64,000 nucleotides of DNA from Oikopleura dioica (GCA_907165135.1 OU015570.1:1943929-2007928); one strand, 5' to 3'. Positions 1 through 13,409 are shown, counted from the first letter of the stretch. Numbers and translations: made by a program. Notes: generated by a model from the sequence alone, not told the origin.

Positions 1-215
1 GTTCTGTCATTTTGCCCAGTGCCCCTAACACTAGCCTCAAATTATAAAGAATACTTCAAGCTTAAAGTTGATTTTTAATAAATTGTCACTTACCTACGAG
101 AATCGACTGATATTGAGAAGGAAGTTTTCGAATGAGTTTTTCGTTGTAGAAATAAATCACTCCTGTTTCTGCATCTGGATGCATGATTTTTCTTCCATTT
201 TCACAAAGATCTGTG

Positions 216-1027
216 TCAAAGCTCACAGAAAGCTTCGCAAAACGAAAGAAGATACGATTCTCTTCCTTTATTTTTTTCATGAATTTTTTCGAGCTCATTT
301 CCTGACTCAGAAAAATCATAGTTCGATACATCATCAATCTCCTGACGCTCAAGCTCGTATTTTCGTCGGAGAAATCGGATCATTTCAAAGAACTCTCTGT
401 CAGCAGGGAAATTTTCAATAAACTCATCTTCGGAAAAGAGCTCCAACAATTTACGATGACAGAGCATTTTGATTTCCGTATCAGTACTGTGTCGCAAGCT
501 TGAAAAATTTTAAAAATTTAAAATGATCACTCCAAAAACCTTTCAAAATTCTCGTTAAGAATTTGTTTAAGAGAATTTTTAACACGAATTCTCAATGTGA
601 TGTGATTGCCACATGTGTGAGCACCACCAGCGACAGGAATGATATGGTATTTTGAAGGATCAAATGTGTTCGAATTTCGGACGATCAATGTCTTGAACTC
701 ATTCGTTTGATAGGGCGTTCCATCATCTTTTTTTCTAAATCGGATATAGTGTTTTCTTTCCGAGATAGATTGATCGATTTTTAAAATGTTCAAAAATTGT
801 CCAATAAAATGAAAAAGTCTTATTTCATACATATAAAATTGAACCATAACTTGAACTTTGTACGTGACTTGGCAGTTTTCGCCGGAACATCCATAAGTAA
901 TGAAGGAGGACAAGGCATATTTCTGGTGAATTAAGATCTCTCGATCACCTTCGACAATTATGATGGAAGGATAGTCCTTGTTATTCCTCACAATCTCTTT
1001 TATTTCGATAAAAATAATATCATCCAT
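216..1027 (-). CDS. Probable spliced gene of unknown function (fragments)
   Basis: Collinear minus-strand ORFs 527-1027, 216-497 and 86-352 separated by short AT-rich gaps; CxxxxC...HxC residues; no recognised family. Confidence 0.3.
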
Positions 1028-1364
1028 ATTGCATTTATAAAGATTATCTGCAAGAAAAAGAATGAGCGATGAGAGAAGATTTCTGACTTTTAATAGAGGA
1101 AAATTTCTAGATTGCTTTAGTCACAAGATTTGCAGATGATAGAAATAACGAATCTCGAGATTTTTAACATTGCGTCATAATTTTGCCGAAGAATCAGTGT
1201 ATTATTTTCCAGTCATTATTCGGTCTCAGACCGAGATACCGAAGAATCAGTGTTAATAAAAGCATCAATACTTCGGCATTTTAGCCGAAGAATCAGAGCA
1301 ATTGCAGACATTGATTCTTCGGCCTTGCCGAAGAATCAGCCCATACCACGCTTATTTGGATCTG

Positions 1365-1518
1365 CTCAGCTAAGCTCAGCTCAATAACCTCTAAAAATGG
1401 CCAGCTCAGCTCAGCTCAGTGAGCTCCAAAATAGGCGTGCTCAGCTCAGCTCAGAGAATTTCTCACTCATGGCAGCTCAGCTCAGCTCTTTAAAAATAAA
1501 GCCAAATTTGTAACTCTG
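1365..1518. repeat. GCTCA-repeat block ending in one hAT-like TIR (partial MITE)
   Basis: (GCTCA)n arrays ending TTTGTAACTCTG, matching the right end of the complete element at 10096-10942; no left TIR found. Confidence 0.55.
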
Positions 1519-2148
1519 GTGGGAGATTGGAGCTGAGATTTTTGAAAATTTCGAGCTGTTATCTTAATCCTGGGTTAATCGATTTCTATCTGGGCTTTTC
1601 CAGCGGCTATCCAATCTTGGGAAGTCATGATCGACATTCGAGAAGCATGATTTGCAACTGAGAAGCCGAGACTGAGGTCTGAGAAGCTAGGATTCAAGTA
1701 AATGACGCTTGGATCGGCATAAAGAAGCCGGGATCGACGCTGGAGATGCAATAATTGACGTTTGAGTCACAAGGATTGACGTCTGAAAGCTATGATCGAA
1801 GTTGTTGAAGCCGGGATTGAAGTTGATGAAGCCGGGACTGACTGTGGAGAAGCCAATAAAAACAGTTTTATCGTCAATCATTGATTGACAATCAATCTAA
1901 ATTAATTCGCATCGCCGTTAGCCAAAGGCGACTATTTTGTTTATAATAGGATGATAAAAGGTATATCAATAGAGCCAGCATAAATATGCAGAAAAAACTG
2001 CACAAAAAAATGTCTTTTTTACTAAAATAAATTTATCAAAGAAGAGTTCCTAATTAGCAAAGGAAGATTTTTTGCATTCCTAGAGCGCGCTGCTCCTTAG
2101 CGCCCCCACAAGGCCGACCCTCAAGTCAATTTTTCCCCTGCTTCGAGA

Positions 2149-2418
2149 TGTTACGTCATTCCGAGTAATAACCACACCGCAGGCTCAAGTGAAAGTGCGC
2201 CTGAATTTTTAGCGCACCGCCCCGCGAGTGAAATCGCAACGGTATTTGAGAAGTGATGAGTTGCCGCTAGTCTGTGGTGAGCTGAGCGTCTGCGGAGCGC
2301 GGCTGAGCGTTCGCGCGTGGTGAAATGCACTGCGCGTGCCGTGAAAAGCGTTTCGCTGCTGATGAACTGCGCGTGGCGCGGCGGAATCAAGTGCGAGAGA
2401 CATGTAAGAAACACTACA
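2149..2418 (-). repeat. Putative 3' LTR (TGTAG...TAACA, 270 bp)
   Basis: Starts right after the purine tract GAGGGAGGAA-TA once the TA-MITE is removed; GC-rich and similar to 28530-28631. Confidence 0.55.
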
Positions 2419-2420
2419 TA

Positions 2421-2767
2421 CCGTGGTTTTCCATCTTAAGAGCGCCAAACTTAAGAGCGTTTTTGCCAATATTTTCCAAATTTTGTTATCTGAAAAAATC
2501 CCAACTCTAGAGCGTTTTTAGGAATTTTTAATTAATAATTAGAATAACGGTTATTACAACCTGAAAAATCATTGAAAAAATTGTTTTCTACGCTTTTAAA
2601 AATGACCTCAGATGCATTTTAAGAGTTTTTGAAAAAGTTCATTTTATGCATTTTCATTCATCATTTTTTTCCCACTGTCATCCTAGTTTGATCGTAAATT
2701 TTCTAACTTAAGAGCGTTTTGGTCTCCCTCGTCATCTGAAAAACGCTCTTAAGATGGAAAACGACGG
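2421..2767. mobile_element. Tc1/mariner-type MITE with TA TSD
   Basis: 24-bp TIR CCGT(G/C)GTTTTCCATCTTAAGAGCG, flanked by TA at 2419-2420 and 2768-2769. Confidence 0.85.
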
Positions 2768-2779
2768 TATATTCCTCCC

Positions 2780-4130
2780 TCATTTATTTATAGATTGTCG
2801 ACTATGCGGGAGAGGAATGTCTTGTGTTTGAAAGCCAATAATTTCATCGAGTGCATTTTGTCCATAAGCAGTTATTGTTGTCAATGGATCGTTTTCCATT
2901 TGATTGTCAGCATCAATGGGCGGCTGTCGAGCAAGATCAACCGGAACATGTCTGATTGCCAATCAGTGATTGGTGAGCCTTCGATAAACTGTATATGAGA
3001 AGAAGATGTCTCGTTCTTAGCAGGCCGTTTCAAATTCAACTGTTCTAAGAGGCGAGCCATGATAAATTCATCTTCAGAAATCAGAAGTTGTAGATCAGTA
3101 ATTTGAATATTATGAAGATGTCTCCAGAGTGCTCTTTTTCTAGACCATTTGTTTTCGTATTCATCAATGATCTTCTTTCTTGATTCACTTGACGAGCATA
3201 TGGCTGTAACAAGGAGATTTTGCAGGAATAAACGAGGAGGCCGTTGAGATTTGAATCACTTGCGTTCAGGTCGAGTTCTTTTGCGCTAGGATTTCGTACG
3301 AGTCGAATTCTTGAATAGAATCTTCAAATTTCTCAATCATACTGCGACTCGTTGTTGTTTTTTCGCAGGTAATTTCAAAGAGCGGGATTCGTATTCCTTT
3401 TGTATAGTTCACGACAAACTGTGTGTAGCGCCTCTTGACATTATTCTCTTGCAAGTGAAATATTTCATTTTGTAGGAGACTTGGCATTCCCTTCTTTCAA
3501 TTGTTTCCGGATTTCTCTTATTGCAATTTGAAACACGAAAAAGTGTGATAGTAGAGATGTGACTCGCGTGATTAATCTGAAAGCTTCTCATCCCTTTCAG
3601 ATCATTCTCGGCTTCGGCTTGTTTCAGTTCGTGCGTTTCCATTTCCACGGTGGGGGACAGGGATGTGACGACGGGTCCCTTTTGTCCTGGCGCGGGAGAT
3701 TTACGAGCGTTGCAGCGCGCCGAGCTGTTTTTCCTGTTTGAACAGCAATTTTTATTGATTTGGGTTCTAGATTGCGGAGTAGCGTGAGCTTTTGAAAAAC
3801 CAAGTGAGCAATTGAGCATTTGTGAGCAAACGAGCAGTTTTCACTTTTTTCTTCTTTCCCCCTTTTAGAAGAAGGTGATTCGCATCGTTCTATTTGAGCT
3901 GGGAGAACGCGTTTAGATCATTTTCCAATACGATGATTTGCCAACTGCACACATTGCCGACATCTGCGAAATAACGGCGCAAGGTTAAGAATAGCGGTCC
4001 AAGTAGAGGGCGCCAATATCTTGAACATAATCAATGTTATGCGAAAATCAATCCATAGTGGCCTGTTTTAACTTTAATTGAGCGGCGATTGAACGGAACT
4101 TGACTCATTCTTGCGTGCATCATATCGCTA
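2780..4130 (-). pseudogene. env: Degenerate env-like ORF
   Basis: Lies between IN and PPT; N-terminal fragment (hydrophobic stretch, then YVQDIGALYLDRY) resembles the env start at 24025 (EILDVGLLLESTGKVYITDR); broken frames. Confidence 0.45.
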
Positions 4131-4524
4131 AAGTCGTGATTATTGTATTTGAGCTTTGATCGATCGTTGTAGCAGGTCTTTTATACTTTGGTATTCGAAT
4201 TTCTATTAAGCACTTTATGAGTTGAACATCTCATCTTATTGTTTTTGTCTAGAGCGCAGACGATCTTTCCATATTAAATCCTTCTTTTCGCTTTGATTGA
4301 GCAATAGTCGATCATTGACTTTATCAAGAGAGGCTTCTGAGCAAGGATTGTGAGCTTGAGCTTCTTCATCTTTCAGAGCAGATTTTCTTCTTTTTTCAAA
4401 CTTCAGTGTGTTTTGAACACGGAGTTGATTTTTGAGCTTGAACTTTTTCTGGATTGAAGTCGTCTTGAGGCTTGTCGCTGCAGATCAATTGCGTTTAATC
4501 GTCCTCAGTTTTGACTTTGAGCGG

Positions 4525-7330
4525 TCAGATAAGGCATATATGTCTACGGTACTCTTTTCTGGTGAGCGGACACTTCAGAATGTAGCTGTCTTTTGAAAGC
4601 CTTCTATGAACTTTGAAGGGTCCAGACCACGACAATCCAAGTTTTTCAGAGTAGGGATCAGGTTTCCAACAGAGAACGGGCGTTTCAATCCGTAGAACTG
4701 GACAGTTGTTTTTGTCACGTTTTAACTGTGACTGGTATCGTTGGACTTGGAATTCGAGCAGAGCAGGATGCAACTTCTTGAAATATAAGTTTAACCCTTT
4801 AATGAATGGCTAGATATTTTCTGTGATCGGCTCTTTGAGCTATATGGAACATGAAATTGTCTTCCATACACAACTTCATTACTTGATAAACCATCAAAGG
4901 AGCCCTTTGGAGTTTTGTTAAGAAAGTACTGTGCTAGTGGCCAGTACTAGTGGACCAAGTGCGATTTGTGGCGAGCTGATTTTTGAGCTTCTGGTGAATC
5001 TCCCGGTGGATTATTTCGCACTTTCCATTTGACTGACTGTAATAGGCACTTGTAGTACTGCGGTCGAGGATGGCTGTTGTTTTCGGACCAAACTCTTTGC
5101 CATTATCAGAAATTCAATTTTTGAATATTCCATGTCTCAGTATTATTCGCAGAAGAGCCTTAGCAACAAGAATGTCGGACTTGTTTGAGAGCGGTTCTCC
5201 ATCGAGGTAGCCACTTTAACTATCAACGACGTTGAGCAGGTGTATCGTTATCCAGCTTGATCTGGGCGTCCATAGTCCACATGATCGATATCAACTTTTT
5301 CGAAAGGAAGTTGAGCAAATTGACGATCCTTAATGAGCGAAGGTCTCATTTGTTTGAATGGCTTGAGTCGAATGAATGTTTCACAGGAGCTTAAAATCGC
5401 GCGAATTTTTGAACTTTTAACCTTGGAATCGAACTTCTTGGTACTTATTTACTATTGTCCTAAAGTTTCATCCAAAAAGGGAAACGTAATCGACCACAAA
5501 TTTTTTTCAGCGGGTACCTAATGTTGTTTATAAAAAATTTTCGGAGCATCTGCAGGAGCTGTTGACTTCCGGCATGAGCTGTCAGGGAGTGTAGATCAGA
5601 GATAAATTATCAGCAACAGTGCATGGAAGAATCAATCTGTTATTTGAATAGAGAACATCATTTTTGAGCATAAGTCTTTTCGGTGACTTATTCAGCTTCG
5701 CTTTAACTCGAAAATTTCTTGTTACTGAGCATGTGTCTTGAGCAGTTGCCATTTCCTCTGCTGTGAATGATCGGTTTTCGAACAAGAAGATCACATCACT
5801 TGTTGTTAACGTTGACAATGCAAAGATCGTTTCATCAACGTCGAAGAAGTTTTCGGAGTCTCTTTCAAGGTCAGAGCTTTTTGACTTTGGTAAACGGCTG
5901 AAGAAATATGCAGAGGCCATTTCAGGACTTGATCCGCTTTCGTGAATGATCGTAAAGTTAAAAGCGAGAAGATAATTATGTACATTACATAATTTTATGT
6001 CCAATTTCTGTTTTCGTGATTCGCGGAATAGATAGAGCGATGATTTATGGTCAACAGCTTATGGTCAATTCGCAATCGATCAGGTAGAACTCAAAGAATT
6101 GAATTCCCAAGCAGTTAGCGAAGGGTTCCTTGATTCTCATTGGTCGCTTAAGGTCAGGACCGGAAAGAGCTTTACTGAAGTATCCAAGGGGTGCGAATCG
6201 ATCGTTTTGAACTTGATAAAATGTACCTCCGACTGCGTATCCAGATGAGTCGGTAACAAGAACGAGTTTACATCCGGGTTTGAAGTGCGCGAGAGTCGGC
6301 TCTTTCAGTAGTTCACTTTTAACTGTATCAAAAGCCTTCTGGTGGATGTCGGACCACTCGTATTTCGCTTTTGCTGATGTCAGACGATAAAGCGGGGCCA
6401 AAATCTCACTTCCACGCTTGATGAATTTAACATTGAAGTTAACCATGCCCAAGTATCTCTTTAGTTCAGTATTGTCTGTCGGTGGTTCCATCTTTTCGAT
6501 CGCTTTAAGATGTTTTCGGAGCGGTTTGATACCATCAGCAGTGATTCTGAGACCAAAAAAAACAATTCGGTACTGGCGATCTTACACTTTGCGGCATTCA
6601 GGACTAGCCTATGTTTTTAGCAAGTTTTAAAGACAAATTCTAGTGCTTGCAGATGGTTTTCCGAATTATTGTCAATCACGATCAAATCGTCCAAATAAAG
6701 CAGAATAGAATCATGTTTCATCAGCTTGTTCATAATTCAAGAGAAACAGACTGGAGCATTGCATGATCCATAGAGCATCCGGTTAGCTTGGTAATGTCGG
6801 TTGTCGTAACTGAAGGCCATCTTGTGGGCATCAGCTTCATGAATGAGCACTTGCCAATATCCACGAAAGAAATCGACTGAGCTAATGTAGCATTCTTTAC
6901 CAGTGAGTTTTTCCCCAATTGACGTAAAAACACTTTGCATACTTGGCAATGGGAAGCGATCTTTCTGCAACAGCTCATTGATCATTCGCGCATCGAAAGA
7001 AACTCTGATTGGAGAATTGTTTTACGAAGTATAATGAGCGGAATGTTAAATGCAGATTGTGTCTCTTGAATGACAGTGAGCTGCTTCCAGTTTTCCATCT
7101 GGTAACTGACTTTTGGTACTAGGTGAATGCAAATTTTACGTGGCGGTTGGTGTGCCGAGTTTGTTTCGTCATTAAGTGGAAGCGAATATCTGAAACCAAA
7201 GAGTCGACCAAGATCGTTTGTGTCTATGTTGAAGGAGAGTCGCCATTTGTGAGTTAAAATTTCGAGTTGTTTCTTTTGTGTTGGATCAGTCGAGCCATAA
7301 GATCCAATTATGGGAACAAAGTTTATTTGA
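4525..7330 (-). pseudogene. pol: pol remnant (RT, RNase H, integrase)
   Basis: DRFPLP...SSVDFFRGYWQV...RMLYGSCNAP, YLDD at about 6690, LVTDSSGYAVGG, TDNGKEF and the GPY/F-like WSGPFKV; many frameshifts. Confidence 0.9.
5390..5520 (-). mobile_element. Short MITE-derived fragment (TA-GGTACCCGCTGAAA family)
   Basis: About 130 bp homologous to 27877-28010 and to both ends of 53152-53366. Confidence 0.6.
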
Positions 7331-7527
7331 TAAGCTTATTTCACATAACCACTCTCAAGAAAACACTACAGAACAAGAGTTAGAGTTTGGCCCATGACCT
7401 GATGAGCCCTTTGTCGTGAAATTTAAAAAGATGATCGAAAATTTAACAAGAACAGATAGTAATTTATTCAAATAATTGACAGAAAAAGGTTCGATTCTTC
7501 ATTTTCTTCTTTCTTCTTTTTCGCACA

Positions 7528-8019
7528 TTACAAACGAGGCCGTCTAACAGAAAACGTACCCTTATTGGGTTTATAATGTTCTGTTGTGCCTCCATTCGCA
7601 GCCACCACGTCGTCTGCCTTCTCGAGAATCTTTCTACACATTCGATCTATGGCTTCCTGGCTGATTTGTTCATCCCAGACTTTCTCAATGATCGATCTTG
7701 CTTCCTCAAGATTTTGAAAATAGAGCTGTCGTCGTCTTCCAAGCTCAAGCCGAACATGGTACTTGAGATCATCTGAAGAGGGACGTTTCAATGATTTGCG
7801 TAGTGATTGAAGCTCTTGAGAAGGCTGGAGAAGAGTGAGATCGTTTTTTCGTAATGTAACCGAATAAAGCCGATCACATTTTCGATATGCGTTAGGCGAG
7901 GAAATGTTCAAACTTACAGAAAAATCTTTGTCATTAGAAAGCTCAATGAGCTTTTTCATTTCTTTTTCGATTTTCATTAGAGAAGTGGCTCGTACCCGGC
8001 TTCGCTGTTTTCGGTCCAT
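7528..8019 (-). CDS. Tc1/mariner-like transposase C-terminal fragment
   Basis: The C-terminus EEARSIIEKVWDEQISQEAIDRMCRKILEKADDVVAANGGTTEHY fits the W-x-x-I...V(I)-x-A-x-GG-x-T ending of this superfamily; catalytic core not evident. Confidence 0.45.
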   Translation of the reverse strand: MDRKQRSRVRATSLMKIEKEMKKLIELSNDKDFSVSLNISSPNAYRKCDRLYSVTLRKNDLTLLQPSQELQSLRKSLKRPSSDDLKYHVRLELGRRRQLYFQNLEEARSIIEKVWDEQISQEAIDRMCRKILEKADDVVAANGGTTEHYKPNKGTFSVRRPRL

Positions 8020-9154
8020 TTTCCAAGTCGACTTTTTTCCAAAATAATTTGACTTTTGACTTTTATGGGATTGAGAAAAAATTTTAAAAAAAGTCTGTAT
8101 TTTTCTTCGAATCTGGGTAATTTAAAATAATAACTTAAGAAAATAACTTATTTTTCAGACCTGCATCTGTTGTTTTCTTCGGGACAGTATTTTTTGACAG
8201 ATCTGATTCTGTATACAGTCATACAGACCTGCCCTGATCTGTTTCCTGTGTGAAAATCGAGCAAAAATTTTTTTGACCTGTTTCTGTCCTGTTCTGTTTG
8301 ACAGGATGTCGCAATTGAAACGCAAAAAAAACTAGTTCTACCCCCTTAGTGTTGCCCCTTACTCCTAAAAATTCAGTCTTCATTACCTGGCGAAACCAAC
8401 ATTCAACTCTCATTTCTTTTCTCTCAACCCTTTTCCTGAAAAGTGAGAGCTGAATGCTTGGTTTCGCCCCCATTTGTCAAAATCTAGAGAGAAAAAACGA
8501 TTTTTATCGGGAGAGGTGAATAGTGAAAAATGTTTCTAGACGGGGGGTTGTTGTTGTTCTTCGCGGAGGACCCACTGAATTCGCGCGCCAAAAAGAGAAA
8601 AACATCGGGGCAAAAAAAACACGCGCATATGCCCCAATGTATCTAGCGCTCCGTCGTGAAATTTGTCGCCCACGGTATAAGGACGACACCCTCCATCAAA
8701 TCAGTAACGTTCTTAGGGGTCACTTTGAGCAAGACCTACGGCTTTATGCCTAGAGATTACTGTACTGAGACTGTACTAGCGCTGGTCGCAGAATAAATCG
8801 GAAACGCTTATTAGCTTTTTATTACAATTGTAGTGTGTATTTATTTCACGCAAGCCATACTACAACATTTTTTCTCGGTCAATGTCTTGGGATTTTCTTC
8901 TTGCGACATAATTTCAGCAAATCTGTTTTTAAGAGAATAAAAAAATAACCGAAGGTTCCATTCGTATGGCGCATTCAGTTTTTACAATTCATTCTTGGTT
9001 CGTGCGAAAAACTTCAAATTAGACCCTCCGCCTTTCATTTTTGATTCCCATGATTCAGTCACTTGCTCCAGAAATAGAAAAATTTAAGCGTCATCCAACT
9101 TAGTTGGAGAATCACTCAACTTAAGGCCTCTTTTCGAATCAACTGTCATCCAAA

Positions 9155-9182
9155 AAAGGCCCTAAGTCAGGGTTTCACTGTA
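9155..9182. repeat. Lone TIR of the CAGTGAAACCCCAACTTAAGGCC (TA-flanked) family
   Basis: GGCCCTAAGTCAGGGTTTCACTG-TA; same family as the ends at 29647, 47232 and 52557. Confidence 0.5.
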
Positions 9183-9310
9183 TTGAAAGGGAGCAAGGCG
9201 AATTCAATCTGCTTAGGGAAGGAATCTGCATCACAATGAGAGAGTTCCAGGAGTTCAGGCTTAATCAAGTGTTTATAAATGTGGTTACTAGCTATTTGGA
9301 TCAACCTTAA

Positions 9311-9994
9311 GGGATCCCCCGATTTCGTCAACTTTGACTCCGAACTACTTTTTTAGGGCTGAGCTTTTTACTAGGATAAGAGTTCATTTTGAAGCCCGTT
9401 ATTTAATGAACAAACTTTTGTATAGAAATAAATTTTCATAAGGGGGAACACCCCGAAAAGACGGGCTGAAAACATTGATACTCGCGAAAAACCCCATTTT
9501 GGGCCATTTTCAAAATCGAACTTGTTTTTTCTGCTCTTAGATAGAGCCCTAAATCAATAACAACTTTCTTTCTTGATCCCTTATCTACAATCTCTAGTAC
9601 AGGCATGTGATTCCGTCAAGGATTGTAGAATTTTTCTTAATAAGATGTTTATCAAATGATTTTTGCCAATATTTTGACTTTCCATGCTCTCTAGCGCCTT
9701 TGAGAGGTTAGATATTTTATTAAATCTATTTTTTTCTAATTAAGTTCTTTCTTAGCTTTCTAAAGAGCCATTATTCATCTGATTATGTCGACTTTGAAAA
9801 GTCGAAAAAATTGCGAATTTTTTCTAAGTAAAATTTTTCATCAAAATAAGCCATTTTCAAAGCTGTGTCACGGCTAACCACGTGACGTACTCCCCTTGAC
9901 ATAATATATGAAAATGATCGCCAGACAACGGAGAATCCAAAAATATATCATACGAAAGCTCTCGATGATATTTTTCAAATCGGGAAGGTATCCC
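9311..9994. mobile_element. Kolobok-like MITE with TTAA TSD
   Basis: TTAA at 9307-9310 and 9995-9998; termini GGGAT...ATCCC (RR...YY) with imperfect TIR including CCCGATTT. Confidence 0.65.
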
Positions 9995-10095
9995 TTAAAG
10001 TCTCGAAACGAAACTCATTCTTAAAGCTCAAGATTCAGGAGTTACGGACATGATTATAAAAATTTGCACTGAGAATAACGGAGGTGAGTTCAAAG

Positions 10096-10942
10096 CAGAG
10101 TTGCAAATCTTTGAAATTTTTTTCTGAGCTGAGCTAGCTGAGCTGAGGTCAAAATTGAGCTGAGCTGAGCTGAGCTGAGCTGGTTTTTTTCAAATAAATT
10201 GAGCTGAGCTGAGCTGACCAATTATTTATGCTGAGCTAGCTGAGCTGAGCTGAGAAAGCTGATTTTTATTTACTACAATAAATGCCAAAAAATGTGTTGA
10301 AGCGAGTTTCAACCTTCTTGAGTAGATGGACAAGGAGCCCCTGCCCTCACACACCCCTAGACCAGCATCTCACTCGCAACATCGCACTTTTTTGACATAA
10401 AAAATTCATTCTGTCATTTAACAATAAAGAATCCTCCAAAATACTATACAGTGGTATCTTTTATGTGGATGAGCCAATGTTTCAACCTTCTAGCGTAGAT
10501 GGACAGGGAGCCCCTGCCCTCGCACACCCCTACACCAGTCTCTCACATTCGCGATCACATATTTACCATCTGTACTTAATTATTTTTTTATTGGAAGCCG
10601 TTTTTTATTTAATTTCTCTCTTGTTTCAAAGAATACTCGAATTATTTCTATCTAAAACTAACTAACAGGAAAGCATGAATAGAAATTACGTCTAAGTTTT
10701 TGAAAAAAAGACCAATCAAAAGTGGTTCGATCTTTGTCAGCTCAGTAGACTTAGCTGAGCTGAGGTTAAAATTGAGCTAGCTGAGCTGAGCTGGCTCTCT
10801 TCGAAGAATCATTGAGCTGAGTTAGCTGAGCTGAGGTCAAATTGAGCTGAGCTGAGCTGAGCTGACCCTCGCCTCAAAATTGCTGAGCTGAGCTGTAGCT
10901 CAGCTAGCTCAGCTCAGCTAGCTCACAAAATTTGCAACTCTG
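10096..10942. mobile_element. hAT-type MITE with GCTGA/TCAGC subterminal arrays
   Basis: TIR CAGAGTTGCAAA; 8-bp TSD GTTCAAAG at 10088-10095 and 10943-10950; internal direct repeat of about 70 bp at about 10306 and 10480. Confidence 0.9.
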
Positions 10943-11241
10943 GTTCAAAGAGGGCTCAAGTAAATATTTTTCTTATTCGGGATTTTCCTGTCAATTTGAA
11001 AGTTTCAAAGTAAAAATAAATCGTAAAGAATTCAGAGGGCCTTTTCGGAACAAGATATTTGTAAGCGTCTAAGTACTGCTGTATGCTCTCTATACTAGAC
11101 GGTTCTCTTTATCAGCTAGTCGTAGCCTCTGCTATATCTTCAATAAAACACGAAACGGGAGTTTCCGATAAAAGCGTGTATTGCGCACTTTTACTGTGCG
11201 AGGACTGAAGCAGTGTTCGTAAAAGTGGCAGGGAAGAGCGC

Positions 11242-12188
11242 GTACCCAGACTAATTGCAACCCTCCCTTGATACGAATTGAAGGGTTTAAAAGTGGTTAA
11301 CATCCGCTGAACATGAACTCACTTGAGCACGACGTAATGAAACATTTTTTGCCTCGATAAATTTCCCCTTCGCTTTTTGCGTCGGATATTTCTTGAATGA
11401 TTTAAAGACAGGTTCGGTTTTGAAAAATACCCTCAAGATTCTTCCGAAAAAAATGCCAATGGACAATGATTCATAAGATAATCATAAATGACTTAATAAC
11501 AGTCGAACTCCAAAATAAATTCGAAAATCAGCTGCAGAAAGAAATCCAATTTAAGGAACATTCTGAGATTAGTAAGCTTTTTCGGTTAGCTGAGAGCCAA
11601 TTAATGGTATCAATAACCTTGATTACAATCAGCCGCAAACTGAAGTGATTTCCCTTTCAGCATATGGTTTTCTCTTTCAAAAATGTCATAAAAGCCATAA
11701 AAACAATGACTTCAGCTCATTTTGCCGCAAAAAATATACTTTGAAAAAATTTGGCAGCGAGATATTTTTTTTGCTTTGATGACCCAATTTAAGGGACTTT
11801 TTTCGAAAATTTTGGAGCAAAAAAGTCCCTTATTTTGGACTCCGACTGTATTGCTAAATCGAGTTCCATCTTCCCTCTTTGCACAATCTTCGAGATCCAG
11901 AACTTGCTTAGAATGAGACAGAATCCCTTTTTCCCTTTGAATTTCAAAATGATCAAAACGATAAGATCCGTCAACATAATCCCTCGCAATCGGAACGGAA
12001 GTAGCTTCAAATGCGAACCTGTCTTTAAATCATTCAAGAAATATCCGACGCAAAAAGCGAAGGGGAAATTTATCGAGGCAAAAAATGTTTCATTACGTCG
12101 TGCTCAAGTGAGTTCATGTTCAGCGGATGTTAACCACTTTTAAACCCTTCAATTCGTATCAAGGGAGGGTTGCAATTAGTCTGGGTAC
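11242..12188. repeat. Perfect 175-bp inverted duplication with 597-bp spacer
   Basis: 11242-11416 is the reverse complement of 12014-12188. Confidence 0.9.
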
Positions 12189-12479
12189 CCTGCCCAGACT
12201 TCACCAAAGTTTTCTATTCTGGTCTCCCTGGTCAGACTTCGCCCGAATTCCCTTGTCTTGCGAGGTAAGGGTTAGGAGGCACAGGGTTAATGACAGAACA
12301 AACTCACACGAGGGGGATAGCCTATCTAGAGTTCTAGGCTAGAGGGCCGGCCCCAAGGTAAGGGGCATAGTCTGGTCCACTTGGTCAGACTAGGAGTTTC
12401 AGACAAAGTCTGGTCAGGGTGACCTGACTGGAAATTTTGGTGAAGTCTGGCCAAGGTTGCCAAACTAATTGCATACTTC
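12163..12479. mobile_element. MITE with imperfect TIR and 8-bp flanking duplication
   Basis: GGAGGGTTGCAATTAGT versus ACTAATTGCATACTTC; CGTATCAA at 12155-12162 and 12480-12487. Confidence 0.7.
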
Positions 12480-12583
12480 CGTATCAATCGCTATAAAGGC
12501 ATTCAAATTCTAAAATTCATGGTATCTTTCTTAAAAAGGAATATTTTAGGGTCTATGAAAATTCTCTCGATAAATTTTCTGTT

Positions 12584-12925
12584 TTGAATTTTCGCAAAAA
12601 TTTACCGAATTTTGGGTGTACCGAATTTTGGGTGCTAACTGTAATCGTTATCGGGGGCGAAACAACTGCGATCGAATGTCCTTATACCATTTTTTCAGAC
12701 GCTACGATTGTGAATGGCGAAAACATAACTCTTTCAATTAGCGACAATATTGATTTTTCAAATAATTTTACAAGAATTCAGTGGATAAATGATGATTTTG
12801 TAGCAGTGGAAATGCCCGATATCGATAAGAATACGAAAGAACTAAGTAATTATTTTGATCAGAAAGAACATGAAAGTATAAAAGCGAAATGGTACAACAA
12901 GTTTGTGTCAGATGACTTTGCGTAA
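12584..12925 (+). CDS. Possible exon of unknown protein
   Basis: 113-codon open frame with protein-like composition; no motif recognised. Confidence 0.25.
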   Translation: MNFRKNLPNFGCTEFWVLTVIVIGGETTAIECPYTIFSDATIVNGENITLSISDNIDFSNNFTRIQWINDDFVAVEMPDIDKNTKELSNYFDQKEHESIKAKWYNKFVSDDFA

Positions 12926-13409
12926 ACTTTAAAGATTAGCGTGTTCGTAGATCATATGATTTGTATCAAACGTTTTCGTTTATTGGATAAACTTCATCAG
13001 GATCTATCAACGAAGTCAACAAAAAAGATATATATTAGCGTGTTCATTGTGCTCATACAAATAGCATAAGTATTATTCATTCGTATATTGTTTTTAACGA
13101 AAAAGGGGCGAGAGACCTTGAGGAAATGTTGTTTTTATGTTTTTGCCGCAAAAGTCAAAATTGTGTTAAGTTTAAGGGTAAAACATGAAATCGGCGCGGC
13201 GTGGCTGCCCGTTCAGCATCCCGCCGTGACCTATTTTTCAAAGGTCCGTCAAATCTTAACGGAGAAAGTATTTTTCATAAATCTTTTTGCATTATGATCA
13301 TCAAGGCCAGCACTTTTATAAGGACAATTTTGAAAAGAATCGTGAGCGTAGAAGTATGAAAAAATGGGATGACTTGCTCAAAGTCTATCCGCGGCCGCCT
13401 TTTTCACAC

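Larger units (their letters stand above)
2149..7330 (-). mobile_element. Decayed, 5'-truncated Ty3/gypsy (Tor-like) retrotransposon with env-like 3' ORF and 3' LTR
   Basis: RT, RNase H and IN fragments followed by an env-like region, PPT and TG...CA LTR; gag, protease and 5' LTR absent. Confidence 0.8.
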
